A model generated the notes under the pieces. It did no database searches. It worked only from the letters and a program-made list of their open reading frames with translations, and was not told the DNA's origin. A stretch of DNA of 33,316 nt, taken from Actinomycetota bacterium (GTDB taxonomy: Bacteria; Actinomycetota; Actinomycetes; Propionibacteriales; Propionibacteriaceae). The stretch lies in assembly GCA_046725775.1 (NCBI GenBank), contig JBKOZG010000008.1:1-33316 (forward strand), written 5' to 3'. Positions within the stretch are counted from its first letter, which is position 1; each line of letters opens with the position of its first letter. The position numbers and the translations under genes were made by a program. Positions 11,216 through 19,728 of the stretch are shown piece after piece.

Positions 11216-12652
11216 TCAGTGGTCTGTCAGTGAGAAGCCGGTGAAGTGGAAGGTCCCAGGCGCCCCGTTGGTTGAGACGACCTCTACCCCGTAGCAGATC
11301 TGGCCGAGGGTGGAGTTGGTCGGGACTCGGCCGTGGCTGATCAGGTAGTCGAGCATCGCCCGGATGTTGACGGTGCCGGAGGCCATGTCCGTACCGGGGA
11401 CGAAAGAGAGGATGTGGTTGTCACCGGTTGCCCAAAGGGTCCAGGTCTGCCCGCCGAACCCAAGGCCGGTGGCGACCACGGAGCCAGCCGGTCGCTGCAC
11501 CTGGTTGTCAGTCCAGATCATCACTTCGCGGTTTGAGCCTCCGCCGTTCCCGACGCCGTTGAGCCAGATGTCGTAGGCGATGTTGTAGATGCCCGTGTTC
11601 GGACCGGCCGCGGCGAAGCTGGAGGAGAGGATCGGATAGTTGCTCAGCGAAGGCTCGGCGCCGGTGCTCCAGTTGTGGTAGTCCTTGTGGACATTCGGGT
11701 AGGTCTTCACCGCGCCGTCGCCGGAGCTGTTGTCGGCGGTGGCGATCACGTTCCAGGAGTGATAGGAGCAGGCTTCGACGGTCTCGCTGACGCGGTAGCC
11801 GGAAGTGTTCCACATGTTGTTGTGGATAATGAAGCCGCCGTCGGAATACATCGCGCCGTTCGACGAGGACCGCCAGACCGGATTGGTGCAGACGGTGCCT
11901 GCCGGCGGAGTCGTCGCCGTAGGTGTCGACGTGGCCGTCGGGGCGGTCGGGGACACCGTCGCGCTCGAGGATGCCGTCGCCGACTGGGACGTCGAAGCAG
12001 TAGCGGAGTGGCTGGCCGTGCTGGATGACGAAGCAGATGCCGACGTCGAGGCCGTACTGGAGGTCGACGATGTCGGCGGTTTGGTGGCCGTAGCAGAAGC
12101 GGTGGTTGTGCTCGTGGTTGGAGTTGGCGTTACGCCTTCGTTATCCACGGTGAAGGCGGCACGACGGATGGAGGTAGCGCGGTACGACCACGTCAGAACC
12201 GCGGTGATCGTGTGCGGCCCCCCAACAAGCTTCGCGGTGTCAAAGGGATTCGCGGAACCATCGCTGGCCGTGCCCGCGAAGTCAAAAGGCGGCACGACGT
12301 CGGTCCGGACGGGTGTTCCGGACTGCCACGTATCGTCCAGATAGAAGGTGACCTTCTTAAGCCCCCGCAGACTGCGCACGAAGACATAGATCTTGCCTTC
12401 CACCGTCAGGCCGTCGAGTCGCACCGCACTCGACCGATCCGGGTTGAGACTCACAGCGAGGCTCGACCTCGGGGTAGCCGAGGCTGATCCGATGCCGAAG
12501 ACGCCGAAGACCCCGAGTACCAGGGCAATGCTGGTGCCGAATGCGATCAGCCCCCGCCGGAAACGGTGGGCAGCGAACCTGTCAGCTTCAACCTGCTTCA
12601 CCCGCACCGCTTCTGGCGGTCCCACTGCCCGTCGCGGGCGCGGTCGAACCAC
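11216..12652 (-). CDS. Secreted GH12 endoglucanase-like protein: signal peptide, Ig-like module, Ser/Thr linker, GH12 domain
   Basis: HNNMWN, VKTYPNV, YNIAYDIW, REVMIW (nucleophile Glu) and QICYGVE (acid/base Glu) are GH12 motifs; signal FRRGLIAFGTSIALVLGVFGVFGIGSASA; T/S/A/P linker at about 11905-12135. True start uncertain (12652 or a GTG near 12600). Confidence 0.85.
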   Translation of the reverse strand: MVRPRPRRAVGPPEAVRVKQVEADRFAAHRFRRGLIAFGTSIALVLGVFGVFGIGSASATPRSSLAVSLNPDRSSAVRLDGLTVEGKIYVFVRSLRGLKKVTFYLDDTWQSGTPVRTDVVPPFDFAGTASDGSANPFDTAKLVGGPHTITAVLTWSYRATSIRRAAFTVDNEGVTPTPTTSTTTASATATKPPTSSTSSTASTSASASSSSTASHSATASTSQSATASSSATVSPTAPTATSTPTATTPPAGTVCTNPVWRSSSNGAMYSDGGFIIHNNMWNTSGYRVSETVEACSYHSWNVIATADNSSGDGAVKTYPNVHKDYHNWSTGAEPSLSNYPILSSSFAAAGPNTGIYNIAYDIWLNGVGNGGGSNREVMIWTDNQVQRPAGSVVATGLGFGGQTWTLWATGDNHILSFVPGTDMASGTVNIRAMLDYLISHGRVPTNSTLGQICYGVEVVSTNGAPGTFHFTGFSLTDH

Positions 12653-12683
12653 AGTATTTTCTCCTCCCCCGCAGGAAAAAAAG

Positions 12684-12706
12684 ATGCCGAATCGTTATCT
12701 CGGCAT
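12684..12706. promoter_or_regulatory. Inverted repeat upstream of the GH12 gene
   Basis: ATGCCGA-N9-TCGGCAT, a perfect 7-bp inverted repeat about 30-50 bp upstream of the annotated start. Confidence 0.35.
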
Positions 12707-12782
12707 TGGGAGACTACACATATCCGACTCGATTTGCCAAGCCCGGGACCGGACTTGGACGGACGTCTCAACGGCAGGTCGC

Positions 12783-12990
12783 GGACGCGTCCACGTTAAG
12801 TGGTGTGGTTTCCACTGCAAGGGTCAGTGTTGTTGATCATGCCGTCAATGCGGCGGGTTTGGCTACCTCCTTGCGTCGTGATGTCGGAGAGGTAGCGGCG
12901 TTCGGTGGCGACTGCCCATTCGTCGTGGATCTCCACGAGTACGGCACCGGCGGCATTCGGTGACCGCCCGCTGGAACGGGTGAACAAGAA
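12783..12990 (-). mobile_element. IS256-family remnant (transposase C-terminal tail plus end)
   Basis: Minus strand GAVLVEIHDEWAVATERRYLS is the typical IS256 transposase C-terminus, followed by a short non-coding end; a PLERVNK fragment lies on the plus strand at about 12968-12988. Confidence 0.7.
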
Positions 12991-13108
12991 CTCCTACACC
13001 GGGGGCCAGGCACCACGCAAGAAATCTGCCGTTCCGCGGAGTGCCTTGTTGACGCTTGCGGTCCAGCATTGACATATGCCCAATAATCAACCCGCCACTG
13101 ATACGAAT

Positions 13109-13621
13109 ATGGAGCGAGTCGACGACGAGCAGCTCAGAGTCTTGTTCCGGCGGATTTGCCAGGCATGGACAGACGGCGACGCGCAGGCATATGGTGCATG
13201 CTTCACAGCCGATTGTGACTATGTCTCCTTCGACGGAACGCGCATGCAGGGGCGCGATGGTGTAGTCGAATCGCACGACAAGCTGTTCCGCGGAGTGTTG
13301 TTCGGCACCACGCTCGTTGGTGAGATCGAGTCCATTCGCTACATCGCTGATGATGTCGCGGTGCTGCACGGTAACGGCTCAGTGCTCGTTGCGTGGCGTA
13401 CCAGATTGCCGAAACGCAGGCTGACCCGCAACACGCTCGTTGCGGTGCGAGGCGCCGAGGGCTGGCGGTTTACCGCCATCCATAACGGTCGCGTTCGACC
13501 AGTACGCATCCCAGAACCGGACTCCTTGCCGGCACGGTTCGCCCGCGCGTTGGTCTCAGCCGCGACCGCCGCTGGCGTGGGTTGGGCACAAAAGCGTGTT
13601 CGGATGCCCGAGGGAAACTGA
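13109..13621 (+). CDS. SnoaL/NTF2-like SgcJ/EcaC family protein (DUF4440)
   Basis: AWTDGDAQAYGACFTADCDYVSFDGT..GRDGV..SHDKLF...GWRFTAIHN. Confidence 0.85.
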   Translation: MERVDDEQLRVLFRRICQAWTDGDAQAYGACFTADCDYVSFDGTRMQGRDGVVESHDKLFRGVLFGTTLVGEIESIRYIADDVAVLHGNGSVLVAWRTRLPKRRLTRNTLVAVRGAEGWRFTAIHNGRVRPVRIPEPDSLPARFARALVSAATAAGVGWAQKRVRMPEGN

Positions 13622-13690
13622 AATCTGAACGGACCATAGTCCGCGGCGGCGGGCGTTACAGGGCCGAATGGCAGCTAGTGATCGCCATTC

Positions 13691-14563
13691 TCAGCGGCGG
13701 TTGGGCCAACCAGCGCCTGGTACCGAGACCGTCGTCGTGAGCACCCGTCCGGTACGCGGTCCGGTGGTGAGCCGCTGCAGATTGTCCATGAAGTCCTCGT
13801 CCATGTGCCAGTCGGCGGTCAACATGAAGAGGGTCCGACCGTCATCGCCGCCGAGGGCGCAGGCAAAGCCGGAGTGTTCGAGCGGGATCCGATCGAGCAC
13901 TTGCCCACCATCGGCCACCCGTAGGCAGCATGACTCATTCTCGTACCAGCTGGGCGTCCACACGGCGCCCTCGGCGTCCATGCATATCCCGTCGGCCAGC
14001 ACCTCAGCGAAGGTCCTCCGATCCCTGAGGTCACCGTCGTCAGCGATGTCAAACGCTGTCAGTTGGCTCGCAAACGACTCGGCAATGATCAAGGTTGAGT
14101 TGTCTTCGGTCACCGCCATCCCGTTAGGAAAGGCGATCTCGTCGGCGACCTGGCGTACCGCGCCATCCGGGGTGATCGCCGCAATGAAGCCGGGCGCGAT
14201 GCCCTCCTCAGGGTAGAAGTCGGCGCCGCCGTTAACGTAGATCGTGCCGCGGCCGTCGACCACGATCTCGTTCAGCCCACCGGGCAGACCGGTCAGGTCG
14301 GCATGGTCGACCAAGGAGCCGTCCGGCTGCCTCCGTAGCAACCGCTGCTCGGGGCCGGCTACGACCAGAAGCTGACCGTCGGGCTGCCAATCGATGGAGA
14401 ACGGGATGGTGGTGGGCACCTGCGTGACGACCTCGCGCTGCCCCTTCAGGTCGAATGCGAGAATCTCGGCCGCACCCCAGTTCGACAGCCACAGGCGGCC
14501 GTCGTGCCAGCGGGCGGACTCGCCGATGACCAGGTCAGTGGCTAGGACGCTCGGTTGCGACAT
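13691..14563 (-). CDS. SMP-30/gluconolactonase/LRE family protein
   Basis: GESARWHDGRLW, LNEIVVDGRG, FPNGMAVT, ADGICMDAEGAVW, FACALGG; ATG 14563 after a GGAGGAG RBS (the ORF track start at 14791 is too long). Confidence 0.9.
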   Translation of the reverse strand: MSQPSVLATDLVIGESARWHDGRLWLSNWGAAEILAFDLKGQREVVTQVPTTIPFSIDWQPDGQLLVVAGPEQRLLRRQPDGSLVDHADLTGLPGGLNEIVVDGRGTIYVNGGADFYPEEGIAPGFIAAITPDGAVRQVADEIAFPNGMAVTEDNSTLIIAESFASQLTAFDIADDGDLRDRRTFAEVLADGICMDAEGAVWTPSWYENESCCLRVADGGQVLDRIPLEHSGFACALGGDDGRTLFMLTADWHMDEDFMDNLQRLTTGPRTGRVLTTTVSVPGAGWPNRR

Positions 14564-14864
14564 AGAAATCTCCTCCGTCGGGGATTGCGCTGCAGAAACG
14601 CGGATGGCTGGAATGCGCCCAGCCTGTCTTTGGGTACCGCCAGCGCCTATCTTTTCAGCCACTGAGCCGTTGAGGTGGAGACGGCCCCGCGGGGATGTCT
14701 CCAGTGGAGCCATGGACATTGAGGGAGTCGCAACCGCCCGCCCGGCTACCGGCACGCTCGAACTCATCCCCGATGCCGGTGATGTCGCCATGCGCTAACG
14801 GATCTACACCAGCAGTGACGACGGTGACGCTGTCGTCGTCGGTCGTCCTACGAAGCCCAGAGCG

Positions 14865-15332
14865 TTACTGACCAGCCCATGTACCATCGGTCGGCTCGGA
14901 TGGGACCCGGTCGGCGACCTCGTCCGGGGCAAGCTGCTCCCTGCGCGTGCACAGCGACCAGTGATGCCCGAAGGGGTCGCGGACGATGCCGTAACGCTCG
15001 CCCCAGAACATCTCGGCTACCGGCATCTCGACCGTGGCTCCCATCGCGACAGCATGCGCGTAGGCACTGTCGACATCCTCGAGCTCCAGCAACAACATGA
15101 CCGGTGAACCACCCAATGTAGAAGGGGCGACCGCATGCAGCTCCTTGATCTCCTCGCTCAGCAGTAGCTTGTCGGGGCCGACGGCAAGCTCTACGAAGAG
15201 CACCCGTCCGTCGGGTAAGCAGTGGCGAATGAGCTCGGTGGCACCGAACGCTTCGGTGTAGAACGCCACTGCGGCGTCTGCGTCGGACACGAAGATGTGG
15301 GTGCCCAGGCCGAGCGGTCGCTGGCGGGTCAT
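14865..15332 (-). CDS. VOC/glyoxalase family protein (PhnB-like)
   Basis: DADAAVAFYTEAFGATE...MFWGERYGIVRDPFGHHWSL; ATGA overlap with padR. Confidence 0.92.
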   Translation of the reverse strand: MTRQRPLGLGTHIFVSDADAAVAFYTEAFGATELIRHCLPDGRVLFVELAVGPDKLLLSEEIKELHAVAPSTLGGSPVMLLLELEDVDSAYAHAVAMGATVEMPVAEMFWGERYGIVRDPFGHHWSLCTRREQLAPDEVADRVPSEPTDGTWAGQ

Positions 15333-15694
15333 GTTGTCCTCCGTTCCCCATCGAGAACTCCTGCGGTATGGGCGGCATCCACGAGTCGCGCCAGCAACTC
15401 GGCCTCCTCACGGACGGCTTGTGCACCAAGTGGGGTGAGCTGGTAGTAACGACGGCGTGCGTCATGCGGTGCACTTGGGTCGCTGACCTCTGACTCACTG
15501 ACCAGATCGTCGGCGACCAGTCGGGCCAGCGTCCGGTACAGCGTGCCCGGCCCCAACCGAACCTGCCCGCCCGTGAGCTCATCAACGAACCCCATGACCG
15601 CGTACCCGTGGCTGCGGCCGGACGCCAGCGCGAGCAACACCTGGAAGCCGGCCGTCGTCAACGCCGGCAGACCACTTGCCGAACTCACACCCAT
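15329..15694 (-). CDS. PadR family transcriptional regulator
   Basis: VLLALASGRSHGYAVM...LGPGTLYRTLARL...RRRYYQLTPLG. Could start leaderless at GTG 15688, 6 nt after TATCCT. Confidence 0.92.
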   Translation of the reverse strand: MGVSSASGLPALTTAGFQVLLALASGRSHGYAVMGFVDELTGGQVRLGPGTLYRTLARLVADDLVSESEVSDPSAPHDARRRYYQLTPLGAQAVREEAELLARLVDAAHTAGVLDGERRTT

Positions 15695-15864
15695 AGGATA
15701 CAGTCCGTATCGGGTATGACCGTTATGGATATATCCGACTCGAGCATATGAATATCGTTGACAACTGGCGTCTCGAGCACGCTGAATGAACCGCAGCGCA
15801 GCCCCTTGCTGTCCCGCGGTGTGCTGCGAGGGGCCTGACCGAACATCGAATGGGAGCGATTGAG

Positions 15865-16461
15865 ATGGGCAAGATCGTGGTGGTCAACAACGTCAGCCTC
15901 GACGGAGTTACCCAGGGGCCGGGCCGCCCCGACGAAGACGCCCGCGGCGAGTTCGAACATGGCGGCTGGGGCATTCCTTACGCCGACCAGGTGCAGGGCG
16001 AGGCGATGGGCAAGTCGATGGCGCAAACCCGGGGCATCCTGTTGGGACGCCGCACCTATGAGGACTTCTATGGCTACTGGCCGAAGCAGACCGACAACCC
16101 CTATACCGAGGTGCTCAACCAGGCTCCAAAGTACGTAGCCTCGACCACCGCCACCGAGCCGCTGCCGTGGCAGAACTCCACCCTGCTGTCTGGCGACTTG
16201 GCCACCGAGGTCACTGCGCTGCGCGACCGCACCGACGGCGCGATCGTGGTGCTCGGCAGTGGAGAGCTGGTGCGCTGGCTTGCCGAGCAGGACCTGGTCG
16301 ATGAGTACGTGATGCTCATTCACCCGCTAGTGCTCGGTAGCGGGACCCGGTTGTTCGCAGAGAAGGGGCCGCGGCGTGCCCTGCGGCTCACCGACGCGGT
16401 TGTCACCACTACGGGCGTGGTGATCGCCACCTACGACGCCCGCGTCGCCGGCGCGGCCTGA
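15865..16461 (+). CDS. Dihydrofolate reductase-like (RibD C-terminal domain) protein
   Basis: VSLDGVTQGPG, LLGRRTYE, KYVASTT, GSGELV, LVDEY..IHPLVLGSGTRLF; GGGAG RBS. Confidence 0.92.
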   Translation: MGKIVVVNNVSLDGVTQGPGRPDEDARGEFEHGGWGIPYADQVQGEAMGKSMAQTRGILLGRRTYEDFYGYWPKQTDNPYTEVLNQAPKYVASTTATEPLPWQNSTLLSGDLATEVTALRDRTDGAIVVLGSGELVRWLAEQDLVDEYVMLIHPLVLGSGTRLFAEKGPRRALRLTDAVVTTTGVVIATYDARVAGAA

Positions 16462-16494
16462 GGCATACGGATCCAATGCGCGAAAGGAGACACT

Positions 16495-16896
16495 GTGATC
16501 ACACGAGTAAGCAAGGTCATCGTTCCGGTGACAGACCAGCAAGCAGCGCTGGAGTTCTGGACTACAGGCATGGGCTTTGAGTTGGTACGCGACGATTCAT
16601 ATGGCAATGAGCGATGGATCGAGGTCAGACCACCCGATCAGGACCTGTTGCTCGTCCTCAGCCCGCGACAGGCCGATGAACCGCGTCGTTCGGTTCCGGA
16701 TCGCCTCCCCCACTCCGACCTGTTTTTCGATTGCGCCGACATCAAGAGCACCCATGCCGAGCTCAGCGCGCGCGGGGTAAAATTCCCGCTGCCGCCGGCC
16801 CGCCAGCACTTTGGTTGGTGGGCTCTGTTCGAAGACAACGAGGGCACTCGGTACGCGCTCGGCCAATGGAGCGACACCGACATCGCATCCGCATAG
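16495..16896 (+). CDS. VOC/glyoxalase family protein
   Basis: VPVTDQQAALEFWT..GF...RWIEV...FEDNEGTRY; AAAGGAG RBS. Confidence 0.9.
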   Translation: MITRVSKVIVPVTDQQAALEFWTTGMGFELVRDDSYGNERWIEVRPPDQDLLLVLSPRQADEPRRSVPDRLPHSDLFFDCADIKSTHAELSARGVKFPLPPARQHFGWWALFEDNEGTRYALGQWSDTDIASA

Positions 16897-17147
16897 TGAT
16901 TTCGTCCGTTGATGCAATCGGCAGCCGGGCGTCGCCGTTCTGGTCCGTTCTAGGCGGCGGGAGACCAACGGACCAACTGACCCGATGATTCCGACCCTCT
17001 AGACGAGTCAGATACCACAGCGGAGGTCTGATTCATGAGAAAGCCGGCCGTTACCGGCAAGACCATGCTGGATGGTGTCATCGTCGCCAGCCCGGGATGG
17101 TTGGCATGCGCTGGCGAGCATTATGCTCACGTGTTACTGGAGGATGG

Positions 17148-17213
17148 ATGACCCGGCGGGTACCCAGCTTCTCGACCCTGGCGGCCACAGAGTTCCACAC
17201 GGTACCGCGATGA
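17148..17213 (+). CDS. Possible 21-aa leader ORF (MTRRVPSFSTLAATEFHTVPR)
   Basis: GGAGG 4 nt before ATG 17148; its TGA overlaps ATG 17210 of the next gene (ATGA). Confidence 0.3.
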   Translation: MTRRVPSFSTLAATEFHTVPR

Positions 17214-17617
17214 AGATCTCGATTGCCCGGATGATCGCCAACCTCGCCGCCCGCGGCCGAGGGCTCGGGAACCGTTTCGCGTGGTGGAGCCGGTGGTTCC
17301 CGCCCGCAACAACTGTTGATCCCGACCGGTTTCAGGGCGCCGGCGACCCCGCCCCCGATCATTGGAAGGAATTCCCGCGCTCATGGCCTGCTGGCGGGGC
17401 TCTAGGGCCGGAGGCACTGAAGGCCGCTCTGGCGGCGCTGCCTGATCCGTGGCGCCGGGTCGTGATCTTGCGCGACGTCGACGGCGGTACGCCAGCGGAG
17501 GTGTCGGCTGCAACCGGACTCACCGCAGAACAGCAGCGCGACGTACTCAACCGGGCGCGTGAGCTGCTTCGCGAAGAGCTCAGTCACGCGCTCGGGCCAG
17601 ACCAGGTCGGATCATGA
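17210..17617 (+). CDS. Sigma-70 region 4-only protein (ECF sigma factor lacking region 2)
   Basis: VDPDRFQG..DP.PDHW linker and ALAALPDPWRRVVILRDVDG.TPAEVS..TGLT..QQRDVLNRARELLR ECF sigma4 HTH; no sigma2-like sequence recognised upstream. ATGA overlap with the MFS gene. Start uncertain (17072, 17144 or 17210). Confidence 0.75.
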   Translation: MKISIARMIANLAARGRGLGNRFAWWSRWFPPATTVDPDRFQGAGDPAPDHWKEFPRSWPAGGALGPEALKAALAALPDPWRRVVILRDVDGGTPAEVSAATGLTAEQQRDVLNRARELLREELSHALGPDQVGS

Positions 17618-19086
17618 TCACCAAGACTGCTGCGGCACCTCGTACGCTGGGCCGTCGGCTGCTGCCACTGCAAATCGGTATTGCGTTGCAAGGGCTGATC
17701 TTGTGGGTTCCCATCGAGAAGTTGTTCATGACCCAGATCGGCTTCGATGCCGCCTCGATCGGGGTGATGGCCGCCGCGTACGCCGCAGTCGTGCCGTTGC
17801 TTGAGGTGCCTTCGGGGATTCTGGCGGATCGCTGGAGCCGCATCTGGATAATGATCTTGGGCTGCGTGGCGCTGATGATCAGCTCGCTGATCGGCGGCCT
17901 GAGCTACAGCGTGATCTCGTACGTGATTGCGGCGATGGTCCTCGGGATCTACTTCGCGTTCAGCTCAGGAACCGTAGACAGCGTTGTCTATGACACCGTG
18001 CTCGAGGAGACAGGCTCGAATGAGCTGTACGAAACATGGATTGGCCGGATTCGTGCGGTAGAGAGTGCAGGATTCGTACTGAGCTCGCTGGCCGGCGGAG
18101 TGCTCGCCCAGTACACCTCGACCCGCTTCACCTACTTCGCCACGATCCCACTCGTCGGGCTGGCGATCTTTGCATTCCTACGCTTCCACGAGCCGCGGCT
18201 GCACCAGGCCGCGGAGCGCGTGAGCTTGCGCAGCCACATAGCCCTGACGTTCCGAACCATGATCACTTTTCGGGCCGTGGTCCGGGTCTTGTTGCTGGTA
18301 GCCACTGCCGGGCTGCTTGCCCAGGCCGTCTTCGAATTCGGACCGCTCTGGCTGGTCGCGCTCGCAGCGCCAGCCGTGCTCTACGGTCCGTACTGGGCTG
18401 CGCTGGTGTCGACACTTGGCATAGGCGGGTTGCTGGCCGGCAAGCTGCATGTTGAGCGCCGACTGATACTGGCGGTGTTGATCATCCTCTCGCTGGCCGC
18501 GGCTCTGTTGCTGACATGGACCCGCTCGCTGACAGTCCTCATCACTGCTCAGGTTGTGCTCGCCCTGGTTTTGGCGATCGTTGGAATCCATGCCAGCCGG
18601 CTGTTGCACGATGCTGTGCCCTCCTCGATCAGGGCCGGCGTGTCCTCGGGCGCAGGGACCATCACCTGGGTGCTGTTCATACCTTTTTCCCTGGCCTTTG
18701 GCTGGGCGGCGCGGGAGAACGGCGTTCACTGGTCCGGATTCATGCTGGCCGGCGCCGTCGTGGTCGTCGCCGCGCTGCTTGTGGTCAGCGTCCGCGCGAG
18801 CCGCGGCGTAGTGGCAGTCGAGGTGGCTGCGAGCGCAAAAGAGGAGGCTGTGGAAGTGACAGAGCGTGCGAAGGAACTTGCGTGCAAGCAACTCGTGGAA
18901 CTGGTGGCCGATTACCTCGACGATGCGCTCTCGGCAGAGGTGAAGGCGAAGGTTGAGCAGCATCTTGCCGGCTGCGACGGATGCACCATATATCTGAGTC
19001 AGACCCAGCGGATTATCGCAGAGCTCCGAGACCTTTCACCCTTACCGGACAATGCCGACGTTCCGCGGCGAGAGTCGGTCGACTAG
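17614..19086 (+). CDS. MFS transporter with in-frame C-terminal zf-HC2 (ZAS) anti-sigma domain
   Basis: About 12 hydrophobic segments; LEVPSGILADRWSR motif A; SGTVDSVVYD; VPSSIRAGVSS. Tail ELACKQLVELVADYLDDAL...VEQHLAGCDGCTIYL (C...HxxxCxxC) at 18874-19030. Confidence 0.88.
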   Translation: MITKTAAAPRTLGRRLLPLQIGIALQGLILWVPIEKLFMTQIGFDAASIGVMAAAYAAVVPLLEVPSGILADRWSRIWIMILGCVALMISSLIGGLSYSVISYVIAAMVLGIYFAFSSGTVDSVVYDTVLEETGSNELYETWIGRIRAVESAGFVLSSLAGGVLAQYTSTRFTYFATIPLVGLAIFAFLRFHEPRLHQAAERVSLRSHIALTFRTMITFRAVVRVLLLVATAGLLAQAVFEFGPLWLVALAAPAVLYGPYWAALVSTLGIGGLLAGKLHVERRLILAVLIILSLAAALLLTWTRSLTVLITAQVVLALVLAIVGIHASRLLHDAVPSSIRAGVSSGAGTITWVLFIPFSLAFGWAARENGVHWSGFMLAGAVVVVAALLVVSVRASRGVVAVEVAASAKEEAVEVTERAKELACKQLVELVADYLDDALSAEVKAKVEQHLAGCDGCTIYLSQTQRIIAELRDLSPLPDNADVPRRESVD

Positions 19087-19179
19087 GAATCGGGGCGGTA
19101 CTGGTCAGAGGTTCAGCCCGGATATGCGTCTAACCAGCGTGCCGCAGCTCCTGCAATCCTTAGTCAAGAGCGAAAGGGC

Positions 19180-19539
19180 GTGATGCATGTGATCCTGCGC
19201 TACTGGAGAGGCTGGACAACGCTCCAGAATGCCGATTCATACCAGAAGATCGTCAGCGAGCAGGTCCTACCTGGAATTGCGGCGCGCCAGCTCAACGGCT
19301 ATTACGGCGCCTACCTGCTCCGTCGTGATCTTGACCAGGAGGCCGAGTTCGCAACCGTGATGCTCTTCGACTCGCTTGATAGCGTCCGCGCCTTTGCCGG
19401 CGAGGACTATGAAACGGCGTACGTCCCGCCCGCTGCGCGCGCCGTGCTGGCCCACTTCGACGAAAAGTCCGCCCACTACACGACTCTGCTTACCCCTGAG
19501 CAGACTAGCGTCAGCGTGGTCGCTCCTCCTGAGCGTTGA
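19180..19539 (+). CDS. Antibiotic biosynthesis monooxygenase-like (dimeric alpha-beta barrel) protein
   Basis: ILRYWRGWTT..NADSY...GAYLLRR...EFATVMLFDSLDSVRAFAGEDYE.AYVPP.AR.VL. Confidence 0.82.
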   Translation: MMHVILRYWRGWTTLQNADSYQKIVSEQVLPGIAARQLNGYYGAYLLRRDLDQEAEFATVMLFDSLDSVRAFAGEDYETAYVPPAARAVLAHFDEKSAHYTTLLTPEQTSVSVVAPPER

Positions 19540-19725
19540 GCGTCGGCCGAATGACCCGACGCGCCATCGCGACCATCCCGGGATGCGTGTCGAAGTAGTG
19601 CGGCAGCGCCTCGAGCCCTTGGGTGAGGGCCCAGCCGCGGGCGCGGGCCCAAGTCGCATCATCGGCACGCACGGCCGCTCGGAACAGGGCCCGGCTCTCG
19701 GCCGAGAACACATAGCCCGGGCTGC
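19511..19725 (-). pseudogene. C-terminal fragment of an aminoglycoside phosphotransferase (APH)-like protein
   Basis: FSAESRALFRAAVRADDATWARARGWAL.QGL.ALPHY.DTHP is the typical tail of actinobacterial APH-family proteins; the DUF1772 gene occupies the position of the missing upstream part. Confidence 0.7.
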
Positions 19726-19728
19726 CAC

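Noticed and set aside
11905-12135. Low-complexity repetitive DNA
   Set aside because: Encodes the Ser/Thr/Ala/Pro linker of the GH12 protein.
14580-14850. N-terminal extension of the SMP-30 ORF or a separate gene remnant
   Set aside because: A strong RBS supports the 14563 start, and no frame here gives a convincing domain match.
12720-15743. Identical 13-mer ATATCCGACTCGA upstream of the GH12 gene (12720-12732) and in the padR/ribD spacer (15731-15743)
   Set aside because: Several 13-bp matches are expected by chance in 33 kb; there is no third copy or functional link, so it is not called a shared operator.
15695-15750. Imperfect palindromes upstream of padR
   Set aside because: Plausible PadR operators, but too degenerate to define from this sequence alone.
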